Source: Lama glama (lineage: Eukaryota). Taken from it: a stretch of DNA of 64,000 nucleotides. Within the stretch, counting starts at the first letter, position 1; every line of letters begins with the position of its first letter. Both the position numbers and the translations under genes were made by a program. Positions 12,596-56,000 of the stretch are shown piece after piece. Under the pieces are notes generated by a model that did no database searches, was not told the DNA's origin, and worked only from the letters and a program-made list of their open reading frames with translations. Location of the stretch: NCBI GenBank assembly GCA_028534125.1, contig CM052823.1, positions 620,001 to 684,000 of the forward strand. Reading direction: 5' to 3'.

Positions 12596-12948
12596 TGACT
12601 TTGCAAAGAAAAAAAATAGTACTTATAAAAAAAAGTCATCAGACTCACAGAAACAGAAGAGATGGTGATTGTCAGAGGTTGGGGGTGGGGGAAATGAGGA
12701 GATGTAGGTCAAAGGGTACAAACTTCCAGTGCGAAGGTGGATACCTTCTGGGGAGCTAATTATAGCATAGCATTATAGGTGACCATAGTTAACCCTGTAT
12801 TGTGTACTTGAAAGTTGCTAAGAGTGGATCTTAAATGCTCTCACCATAACAAAATGGTGATTATATGAGACAAGGATTATCTAACCTGACTGCGCTAAAC
12901 ATTTTTGCAATGTATGTGTGTTTGAAATCATCACATTGTACACCAGAG

Positions 12949-13379
12949 TGTTGCAAACATTAAGAAACAGAAACCTCCTTTAAAATGGAGCCAAGAGACC
13001 GGAGAGGGAGCAATCAGGCCCCACCCATCTAGGTTAACTGCAGACCCAGCAGGAAGAGAGCACCTTGCATCTCGAAGAGAAGGTTGTTGCTTCACTGCCC
13101 AGCAGGAGGAGGGATTTCTCTCCGCCTGGCAACAGCCCAGCCAATGAGAGACGGCCACAACTCCGCCAATGAAAGACCACATCTAACTCCTGGTTTCCAC
13201 CAACAGACTCTGCTTATAACTGCCCCTCCCAACCACCCCTCTTCTCTCTATAAAGGAGTTTCCTCTTTGTTCTCCAGGCTTGCTGTGGTTCACCCTAGCT
13301 GGCATGTCTCAAATTACAATTCTTTGCTATTCCCAAATAAATCCATTTTGCTGGTCTGTTTTACTGTTTCAGGCCAACA
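12949..13379 (+). mobile_element. ERV solo LTR (431 bp)
   Basis: Terminal inverted repeats TGTTG...CAACA; CCAAT at 13141 and 13166, TATAAA at 13249, AATAAA at 13336, in canonical U3-R-U5 order. Confidence 0.8.
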
Positions 13380-13989
13380 AGTTACAATGAAGGTGTACAT
13401 CTTATGTCAATTATGTTGTATGTAAACTCTCTCTCAATATGTTTATGTCAGTTATATCTCACTAAACCTTGGGGAAAAGTTAATTACCTCCTTAAAGACC
13501 CTACCTACAAATACAGTCACGTTTGGAGGTACTGGGAGTTGAGACTTCAACATACCGATTTTAAGGGGACAGAGTTGAGTCTTAGTAGGTGCAAAGCTCT
13601 GCACTAGGCCCGTGGGGATGGTGTTGAGCAGAGCCAACAGGGTCCTCGCCCTCTGGTGAGACAAATGTCACAAAAGGGGGTGTTTAGGGGGCTATGGAAA
13701 CGAAGTAAGGAGACCTGCCCTGCCTGGGGCTGGGGGGATCCCCAGGAAAACTGGCTGGCAGGCACCAAACTTATGCAAAGCTTCTGCGTTATAACATCAT
13801 TTGACCTTAGAAAGATGGACATTCTAGAAGTGAATATACATTGGGTGAGGAAGGAACACACTTTCTGTTTTCCCGCGAGAAGTTCAGCAAACTTCCCTTC
13901 TGGCAAATGCTTAAGGAGACGCTGGCAGGAAACGTCTTCATCAAGTTGTTCCATCACAGCTGCCTCAGGGCCTTGAACCTTTGGTTAAT

Positions 13990-14560
13990 CATGGTCTCAG
14001 CTGTTCCACCATTGTGAAATGTGGTTGTATGGCTTCCTGTAATTTTTAGCTTGGGGTAGAATTTACTTAGAGTGAAGGCGTGAGTATTTAGCCCAGAGGA
14101 ATGCCCAGACGGTGGTCGAAGTGTAAGTCCTACCTGCTGCCGCTGTGTCCCAGCTGCGCGGGGGGCCCCCCTTCGCCCCCCCCCCCCCCGCAGACAGACC
14201 ATCACTTGCTCTGCTTTATGTCCCTGTGTCCCTCCTTGCTGTCCTGGAGCCTCACGTGCTCAGCTCATCCTGCACGTGCACCTTGGCATCTGCGTCTCTC
14301 CACACGCCAACTCTGAGACCGTCCATCGCCTGGCACCCCTCAGCGGTCCGTTCCTTCTGTTACTGAACGTATTCCGTGTGAGGATGGACCACAGTTTCTT
14401 TACCTGCCACTGGACACTGCTGTGGTGAAGGCACCTGCTCTGAGCAGCCTTGCATAAGGCTTTTCCTGGACTTCAGTGCCTCGGAGTAAAATGGCTTGGT
14501 GGGAAGGTAGATGGATAGCGAACTTCTAAGGAAACTGGCAGCTTTCCAAAGTGCTTGGAA
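13990..14560 (-). mobile_element. Degenerate LINE-1 3' fragment
   Basis: cagaccatcact..tgctctgcttt..gtccct, tattccgtgtgaggatggaccacagtt, aaggaaactggcagctttccaaagtg; boundaries approximate. Confidence 0.55.
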
Positions 14561-16070
14561 AAAAACATGCTTCATCTGCACTGGGGCTGTGTCACTGGGG
14601 CCAAGCAGAGAGAGCACCCTTATTATAATTACGTAGACTCTCACGACTCTGGCACTCTGGCCAAGGGGGCTGTCTGCCCTAACCCGCCCCACAGAGGACA
14701 GAGCCTCCTGTCCCTGAGCCACAGGAGAGTGAGGAAGCTGGCGGCAGGGGAGAACTATTTCCCCTCTATGCTGGTGTCTTTTCACCCTATAGAACACCAG
14801 CAGATACTCAGAGACATTGCCTGGGGTTGCCTCCCCGAGCTTTCATCCAGAGACGGAAGGTAAAGGCAACGGGCATCTGAGTGGGAGATGCAGCAGGTTC
14901 CACAAAACACAGCGGCTTTTTTTTTTTTTTGCAGCTTTCTAGTTTAAATTGTGGGTCTACCTTGCAAAGCCAGGCCTGTAGCTTTTTATGCAGAATGAAA
15001 TGGTTTCTCTTTTGAAAAATGCACACTCTGATTTGCTGCTCATAGCCTGCATCTTCCTGTGGCAGTGAGACTGGTCCAGCTGGTGGTCCCAGGTGAAGCA
15101 CAGGCCCCCGGGAGGCAGGGAGGACAGCTGGGGCCCAGTGGCGCTGCGAGGGTGGCTGCTCTTTGCCTAGGAACTCACCTGCCTTGGGGCTCTCTCCTTC
15201 CGTCTCTCCTGCTCTATCATGGGAGGAAGGGATTCTCAGGAAACTCAAAGATCAGTTTCTGCTCATGTTTCTCACCCAATGCAGCTGGTCCACATTGCGT
15301 TCTCCTGGCTTCTTTCAAAGGGCTGAAGGCTGTTCTGGGCACTGTTCGGAAAATTTTGCTAGTGTGTGTGAAGTCACACACCCAGTATGTGGCCTGCTGA
15401 CCCAATACACTGTCACATGGGTTCAGGACTCCACAGTGTGAGCCGGTGAGATCAGACCCTGTGGAACCTTCTGGGGCCAGCGGAGTCAATGGGAAGCAAG
15501 CCAAGTTGGACCTTGTGTGATTGCAGTGAGCCCAGCTGACATTCTCAGCTCTAAAAAGCGAGGATTTAAGCCTGGTGGATGCTGGGTCTCTCTGTGTGTC
15601 TAATTCCTTCTCTCTCTGAAATGGCATCAAAAAACCAGTTACTTTGCTGAACTTACTCCAAACTCTGCTGTTGAAGGCAGCTACACAGTTGCTGGAAGAG
15701 AGCAGACCCCAGCTGGTTCTCAGAGGCTTTGGCCAGTGAAGAAGTGGCTTCTCAGTCCAGGGGACTTCGAGGGCTGAGGGCAGAGTGTGTCCTGGTAACA
15801 CGGACAGGGCGGATCTCTGGGCTCAGGCCTCTAGAGTTAATCTGCTGAAATGTTCAGTTTGGGGAAACGTGTTTGATGCCCGTGATCCCTCTTCCCCGGG
15901 GCTGGTGCCACTTAGTTGTCTGAGCACACAACGGCCCGGCTTCGGAGCACCAAGACCGTGTGTCACCCAGGCTGCTGAGGCAGCAAGGTGTCAGGGGCGC
16001 CCTTCAGTGTTTAAAGCCAGAACAACAAGGACACAGTCAGAACCACCACCGTCAGCGGCTGTTGGGTTTG

Positions 16071-16076
16071 TTTATT
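16071..16076 (-). terminator. ADSS1: ADSS1 polyadenylation signal
   Basis: TTTATT on + (AATAAA on -), about 315 nt after the stop. Confidence 0.8.
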
Positions 16077-16390
16077 GCCAGACGCCTCCAGTCGGACACA
16101 CAATCACATGACAACTCGGGTGCCGTAAAAGCTCTCTGTTCGGAGCCCTCTGTCTCACTTTAAATAGGAGGATTTTTTAAAAATGTAGACAATGCTGGCT
16201 CTCAGATGTTTAGAGTAGAAAGCAGTGGTGGAGCTGAAGGCTTAAAGAGAATTAGAAAAGTACAGAAAGTCATTTTCATGTTTCCTTGTTTATGGCGTTC
16301 GTTCTGCCGGCCGAGGAAGGGGCACCACTGTGGCCGTCTATGTGGGGATGGGGACCCGCTGTGTCCTGCTGGATTCAGCTCTGTCTTCAT

Positions 16391-33969
<17,579 letters not shown>

Positions 33970-35659
33970 GCTGGCTCGGCTCGTCCGCTGCGCTGGGCCG
34001 CCCGAGAGCCCGCCGCACCCGTGCGCCGCGCCATTAAAAGGAGCCGGTCCGGGGCGGGAGGCGGGGCTGGGGGCGGGCTCTGGGGCGCCGTGACGCGCCG
34101 CGGTGACCTCCGGGCCGCTGGGTCCCGCCTCCTGCCGCCACCCGGGGGCCGAGTTGGGCTGCGAGCCCTGCCGCGGGGCGCACGGGACGCCGGCGCGCTC
34201 CGGGGTCCCTCCGCGGGGCCAGACCCGGGGCGCTCGGGGAAGCCTCATGGGCGCTTCCGCGCTCGCCCTTCCCGAGGCGCGTCCTGGGCTCCGCGAACCC
34301 GCCCCGCCGGGCCCCGCCAGGCCCAGGACCTCGGGGTCCCAGAAGCTGAGGGGGTCTCCTCCTTGGCGGCAGTGCTGTTGGCCAAAGGGGAGCTGCGTCT
34401 GTGCGCCCAGCCGCGAGGGTCTGCACAGTGGCTCGGGGTGCGCACCTGCCCCACGCGGAACCCCGGGACTGGCGCACACGCCCTCTGGTGGCCGCAGAGA
34501 GGACAGCTCCCCACCTCGCACTGCCCCCTCCCCTCACCCACACACACGGGCAGTGTCTGGCACTGGGGCACGCTGGTTCCCAGCAGAAGGGCTCCATCCG
34601 GGTTCTCAGGGCTGAGTCCGGGGAGAAGGAACCAGTGCTGTCACCTGGCCGGGCAGGGGAGCAGCCAAGGATGCTCACCAGCCACAAAGGGCCGGGGTCT
34701 CCAAGAGGCCCCATACCAGACCTCTTTCCTGCCCCAGCCTGTGGAGGGACTGGGTGCCCAGAGAGGGGGTATCATGGTCTGCTGGACTCCGGAGTTCCCA
34801 GCTGAGTGCACTGCCTGGCCCACCCTGCCAGACACAACCTAAGTACACTTGGGTGTGGACTTGGCTAGCCCTACTGGTCGGAGAAGGGACCAGGGATGAG
34901 CCCTCCGGGTAGGCGTGCCCCATTAGGTCCCGCCCCAGGGCTGGGAGTCGGTGCCCCTCGTTCCCTCCCCAGGGGGTCTCTCAGCGCAGAGGGTCCCGGG
35001 GCCTGCCCGCTGACTTCCGCCCCAGGCTCAGAGAGCCGCTGAGCTCCTAGGGCTCCCAGGCCAGACACAGGGAGAGCAGACCCTCCCCAGGAGGGCGGGG
35101 GTGGACAGTGGGCTTGTCACGTACTCGTGTGTGCGACTGAATCAAGCCCCAGCACAGGAGTGCTCTGCGCAGCTGCCCTTCCTCCCACTCTCTTCTCCCT
35201 CCCCTGTCCTCCGTCCCCCTGGCCTCCTGGCGGGAGCCCCGACACCGACGCCGACCCTGGCTCCCGGTGGGTGGCTTGGCCCTTCTGTGCCCCACTGCCT
35301 CTTCTGTCACACGAGGACACCGTAGGTTACAAGCAGGGGGACCTTTCCTCAATGACGTGACGGACTCAGGGTACACTGGGCGGCGCCCCCGCACTTCCCA
35401 CTTCCCTGGCCGCCAGCCTGGAATCAGCCGCAGCGGGGGCAGGAGGGCTGGGTGTGAGGCTCTGAAGCTTCCAAAGGCTGAGGAGGCTGAGGACGGCGGG
35501 GGGAGGTGGGGAACGGGGCGATCCGTGGGCCTGCAACCAGGACGGTCTGTCAGACCGGAGGGTGGAGGGTTTCAGGGAGTGAGGGGGTGGGAGGGAATTT
35601 GGGGCACGGAGGCTGGCTGTGTAGACGAGGAAGAGGCGGGACTGCAGCAGGAGGGACTG

Positions 35660-36040
35660 AGAGATAGGAGGTTTCTTGGTTTGCTTGTTTCCAGATGCAA
35701 GAGTCAAATCTCTGAATGTTATCAGGAGCCACAGAGAAAGATTTGCTGGCGTCACACACGATTGGGGGTGGGGTGCTTCCACCACTGGGCTGAAGTCCCC
35801 GGGTCGGGGCTGCCGGCTCTGAGCCCTTCCTGGGGGAGGCCCAGGGCTCTGGGCCAGCAGGTGTGAAGTGGAGGCTAAGGGGGGCCAGGGAGACACCACG
35901 GGGGTTCAGACAGTCTCCGCAGGGCCACATGCTGGCCGGGGCACCAGCTCCCCGAAGCCCGGGTCTATAAATAGCCAGCAGGCCTGGGGTGGGGTGGGGC
36001 TTTTCTATAAACAGCCCAGTGGCAGCCCAGCAGCTGGGGC
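35660..36040. promoter_or_regulatory. Candidate muscle/cardiac enhancer of ADSS1
   Basis: MEF2 consensus CTATAAATAG at 35965-35974, NKX2-5 TGAAGTG at 35864-35870, E-boxes CAGGTG (35858) and CAGCTG (36031), GATA TGATAA (minus) at 35719-35724. Confidence 0.65.
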
Positions 36041-36319
36041 CCCTGCTGGTCACACGGCCCAGCCGGAATTAGCAACAGCCCCCTGCCTGGCCCTGTTCAC
36101 AGTGGGCCTGTCACCAAGGTGGGGGCAGTGTAAGTTTCGGGGGGCTCACTGTGTGACCTGGGGTGGCCCACAGAGAACACGCAGGCCTGGCCACCCGGGG
36201 TTCACCCTCTTTGTGGGCCACACCTCCCCACGGGGACCATGTCAGACATGGCGCCAGGACATGGCACTGCCGACGCTCGTGCCCTTGAAGCTGAAACAGT
36301 GCCCCGCACGAATGAAAAG

Positions 36320-36790
36320 GGGTGCAGCTGCTTTGGAAAACAGTTGGGCAATTTCTTAAAAAGCTGAAAATAAACTCAGGACAGGCAACCGGATAAAGTG
36401 TGCTCTGTCCACAGAACGGCACATTACTCAGCAGTAACAGGAGTGGAGTCCTGCCACACACTACTGCAGGGGGGGGGGTTAACCTTGAAAACAGGCTAAA
36501 TGCAACAAGCCAGTCCCCAAAGGCCACGTGTTGTCTGATTCTGTTTATATGAAATGTCCACGAAAAGCAAGTCCGGGGACAGAAGGCAGATAAGTGGCTG
36601 CCGGGGGTTGGGGGAGTGGCGGGGGGGCGACTGAGGGACTTCAGGGGAGGATGGAAACATCCTAACACTGGGTCACAATGACAAGCGCACAACCTCGTAA
36701 GTCTGCTGGAAGCGGTCGCTGGACTGTGCATACCCTTCCAGTGGGTTGGTTTTATGGGTGTGAATTGTGCCCCCAGAGAGCCATGCTGAC
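36320..36790 (+). mobile_element. LINE-1 (L1M-type) 3' fragment
   Basis: ctttggaaaacagttgggcaatttcttaaaaag, gattctgtttatatgaaatgtcca, tttatgggtgtgaattgtg; boundaries approximate. Confidence 0.7.
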
Positions 36791-36992
36791 CTCACCGCTG
36801 CTCCGGGGTCAGTCCATATTCCAGGTGTTCTGTGAGACCCCCCCCCACAGCAGCCTACCTGCTCCTGCAGCTATCCACCCATCCATCTGTCCATCAGTCC
36901 ACCCACCCACATCGTCACAGCTGTTGCATTCACACCACAGTCACCCACAGCTTCTGAACACAACGTGCTCACGTGCTGGGCCAGCTCTGCTC

Positions 36993-36998
36993 TTTATT
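36993..36998 (-). terminator. INF2: INF2 polyadenylation signal
   Basis: TTTATT on + (AATAAA on -), about 1 kb after the last-exon stop, followed by GT-rich sequence on the minus strand. Confidence 0.8.
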
Positions 36999-37975
36999 GG
37001 CTAGTCCCTCCAGCCTCCAGTCTCAGCAGCTCACACCTGGAGGGGTGTGTGTGCAGGGGGCACAGACAAGCTGCCCACAGGGTCATTGGGGAGAGGTGGC
37101 AGCCCCACTGGCTGGGTCCTTCCTGTCCCCTAGGCCTGGATCCTCGCCCCCCTCAGCCCAGCAGGGCCCCCTCTGGAGGCAGGAGGGGCAGCTGCTGTGC
37201 GGGCTGTGTTGTTGAAAGGTGGCCAGGTCCTGGCTGTGGCGGGGGCAGGCCTGGCTGTGGCCGCCAGGGCAGACACCTTCCCACCCTCAGGGCTTCCAGG
37301 GACAGGTGTCAACTCTGTGGAGTCCCCTGCCCAGCTGAGTAGAGAGACCCTTGCCTTCCCATTCATGGCCAGACAGCCTGCCTCAATTCAGAGGCCCCGG
37401 GGTCCCCTCACCCACCTGTTTAACCCCAGCTTGGCCACCACAGAACAGTAGAAACACACAATCACATTTCGGTAAAAACGACTCTGCTGCAGCCCAGCTG
37501 AGTGGGTGGGCAGCAGAGCTGTGGAGCAAGGGCTCCCCGCCTGCCTGGCTCCCGGGGCTTCACGGGGAGAGGTCCATGAGGGCCTGCCCCCAGAAAAATC
37601 TGGGAACCAGGTCACTGGAGAGCGGGGTACAAGCTCAGGGCTGCCCAGGGACGCAGCCACCTGTCCCTGTTCCCCTGCAAGAGGGTGGGTGGGCACCATG
37701 GTGCATGCGGTGTGGGGTCGGGGTCTGACATCGGCGTTTGGAAAGCAGGCCTTGAGGGGCCAGGGGCGTGCAGGGAGTGTAGCAAGGCGCCGGGTGGATG
37801 AGGCCCCGGTGCCCGTGGGGGTCCCAGCCACAACACCTCAAAGGCCTCGGGAGGCGGTAGCACTGGCTGGGTAAGGCACAGAGTTTTTGGTTTCCCAGGG
37901 CCTGGTCCTAGCCTGGCCCTGGAGGGGCCTCGCTCAGCAGCAGCACGTCCAGTGGCCCCTGCTGTGTGGGTCCAC

Positions 37976-53069
<15,094 letters not shown>

Positions 53070-56000
53070 TCAACGGGTTCCATGGGCTCAGCCCGGGCAG
53101 GTGAGTGGAGGAAGCGTCCTCTGTGCCGAAACTCCACCTGCCAATCAGGGACTCCCTGTGCTTCCTGCTGACACCCGACCTGCAGGGGACACACTGTGCT
53201 GCTTACCCCTCGCCCCACCAGGGCAGCCACTGCCCACAGGCACCTCCTGTGCCAGGTGCTTCTGACACCCATCCCTGTCTCAATCGTCATAGCAACCGAG
53301 GAGGCAGCAGCACCATCCTCGCTGGGGGCACTAGGACCCCGAGGAGGCTGCACCAGCAGGAACACCACTAACCCAGCTGTGATCACGAAGCAAAAACAGT
53401 GCCTCTGGGGCTCCCTTACCTGGCCCCAGGGTGCTTCCCTTGCCCAGTGGACAGGATTAGATTGGGTCAGTAGGGTGGGCGGGGACAATGCCAGACCCTG
53501 GGCACTTCCAGGCTGCCCACAGCGTAAGGAATGTGCCTGGGGAGGGGGGCTGACTCTACGGTCATGTTCAACACCCACTGGATTCTGGGCAAGATCAGGG
53601 CGCTGTGGAGAGCGGGCCTGCCAGGGCCCAGGTTTTATGGCTTCAGTTTGTCCATCTGTATGCAACGGAGGGCCAGCGTCCCCCCTAGGCCCACTGGCTC
53701 TTGGAGATTTACCTGGATTCAGCTGCAACCAGTGTGATCGCAGCCCAGAGGACACCCCGCAGAGGCTAGGGGGTGGCCTGGCCCGGACGTACCCCAACAC
53801 GCGTCTCTCCGACAACAGAATAGCACGGCAGGCCTCCGTGTCATCACCACACCCACCAAGCCCTCTCCCTGGGGCCCCGAGCCATGACGCTGTCCTTAAC
53901 CACAGCCCCTGGGACTGGCCCCAGGGGTCAGGGGCAGCCCAGGCTCTTCTACGACCATGTATGGCTCGGGTCTTATATTTAGCGTGTGAGAACGGCAGCA
54001 GGAGGCCGGGGGGCAAGGCACAGCGATACCACTGCGCCTCATGCCCAGGGGCTGGTGCCGGCACTGCCTACCCTGGCCCGTGGCCTCCCACCCCCGCGCA
54101 GGCAGGCATGTACACCCGACTTAACAGGAGGGGAAATGGAGGAGGCACCCGGGAAGGTCAGGTCACACGCCCAAGGCCCCACAGATGGAAACAGCAGAGC
54201 AGAGGCTGGACTTCGGAAGGTGGCCAGGAGCCCGTGAGGGGCTGGATGTCCAGCACAGCGTTGCTCTAAGGGCTGCCGAGTTAGAAGGGAGACCCCAGGG
54301 GCCACCTGAGGTCACACGGGAGACAGGCTGAGTGGAGCCAAGGGATCCCCAGCATTTGCTGTTGTCGCCTCTAGCGGTCCCATTCCCTGTCTGCCCAGGG
54401 GCAGTCTTGGGTGTCTGCCCTCGAGGTTCTGGAGCCCAGCCCAAGCCTGCCAGGGGCAGAGAGCAGCCCCTCTTGTGAGCAGTGGGTCTGAGCCAGGAGT
54501 TCAGCATCACCCCCCTCCCCCGGCAGGCCCTCACCCTCCCAACTGTCCAGCTGCCCCGAGGGACCCACGGGGTCCTCCCGGGAGGCAGCCTGGCTGCGGC
54601 GGGAGACGGCTGAGCCGGGCACACCGGCCCTTGCCTGCAGACCTGGCCGAGACGCTTGCTCCGTCCGACCCTGTTTCCTCACCTGCACCAGCCTCAGGCT
54701 GCTGGAAGCACCCTGCGAGGCAGGCGACGGGATGTCGCGGTGGGCATCAGCCATCCCCTGTGGGCCCCTGCGGCCTGGGTCCTGGGCTGGGCCTGGCTGG
54801 GTGGGAAACTTGGAGCCCTCCCCATGACTCTGAGGCTTAACCCACCCTCCCAGGCCCACCGCCTCGGACCCCCACGCACTCACCCAGATGCGCAGGACCT
54901 TCCTGCCGCCTCTGCCCACCCATTCTGGGCCCTGCCTCGGGCTGCCCCTCACACTCTCCTGGCTTCTCATCACTGCTGACGACTGAAATGCCCAGCTGCC
55001 AGCCGTGGCCCTGGTCCCTCCCAGGCAGCCTCTCGGTGGCGGGGGAGAGGGTCACTCCCACCAGCACCATGAACAGCACAGCAGACGGACCTCCACACAC
55101 ACTGCCACCCGGCTGAGGTGCTGCTGCTGAAGCAGGACCCAGAACGGACCCTCCCTTCCCCGCCTCCACTGGCCCGAGTCCCTGCCTCCTTGGCACAGGC
55201 TGAGTGGACAGAGCACAAACCCTCCCAGGCCAGGCCTCTGGCCTCCCAAGTGTCCTCTCCAGCCAAGAGCCCCAGGGACCCCTGGTTGCAGAAAAACAAC
55301 TCAGAGACAGCCAGTGTCACCAGAGCCACCCCTCCTGGAACTTCCCAGTCCCCCTGTACATCTCCTGTTCCTGGGGCCATGGGCTCACTCCCCTGAAAGA
55401 CCCCACATATGGGGGCCCCCTGGTCTGTGGGGTGGGAGCACAGCAGGGGACCGGCCACCTGTCCAGTGTGCCTCCTGTGCGCCGTCCCTGTGTCCTACAG
55501 CTCAGCCGCACGAGCTGGCCCCGCCTCACAGTCACCGTGTGCGCAGGGCCTCCGGTGAGGAGAGGGGGCCTGGCTAGGGGCCTGGCAGCTGAGGTGGGGG
55601 CAGCTCTTCTCCCTCTGTGATGCCCCCCAGGCTGCCCACCCTCATCCAGAGCTCCAGTGGCCAGGCCTTTGGCCGAGGATGTCTTCCTAGAAATGTTCCA
55701 ACGCTCTTCAGGATGAAGGCTGGATATGTAAACGGACAATGGCCAGACCATATATAAACACAGAACCCTGACCCGCAGCCGCAGCCGCAGCCGCCAGCCC
55801 GGGAGCCCAACCCATCATCCACAGGAACCAGCCCAGGAAGCCGCCTGCTCCCCACACGGCCAACCTGCAGGAAGTGAGACCTCTATCTCCAGCGACAGCC
55901 CAGGAAGCCAAACAACCTGTAACGGCCCCGCCGTGGCCAGCAGGGGTGTGACCAATAACCGACAGTGTCCATCATTTTGTCCCTGCGTCCGACTTAGGAC

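Larger units (their letters stand above)
11986..13476 (+). mobile_element. LINE-1 3' fragment inserted in the MLT1 LTR, itself interrupted
   Basis: gatctagcaatcccgcttctgggt, atgttcactgcagc, gctaagtgaaataagtca, ggtcaaagggtacaaacttccag, cttgaaagttgctaagag; flanked by a 15-bp duplication. Confidence 0.8.
11705..13590 (-). mobile_element. MLT1-type MaLR LTR split by nested insertions (pieces about 11705-11985 and 13477-13590)
   Basis: ctctggaggccgggagtccaagatcgagg...gggctggtttct and aaggacaccagtca..ggatta resume at attacctccttaaagacccta..caaatacagtcac..gaggtactggg..gacttcaacat. Confidence 0.75.
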
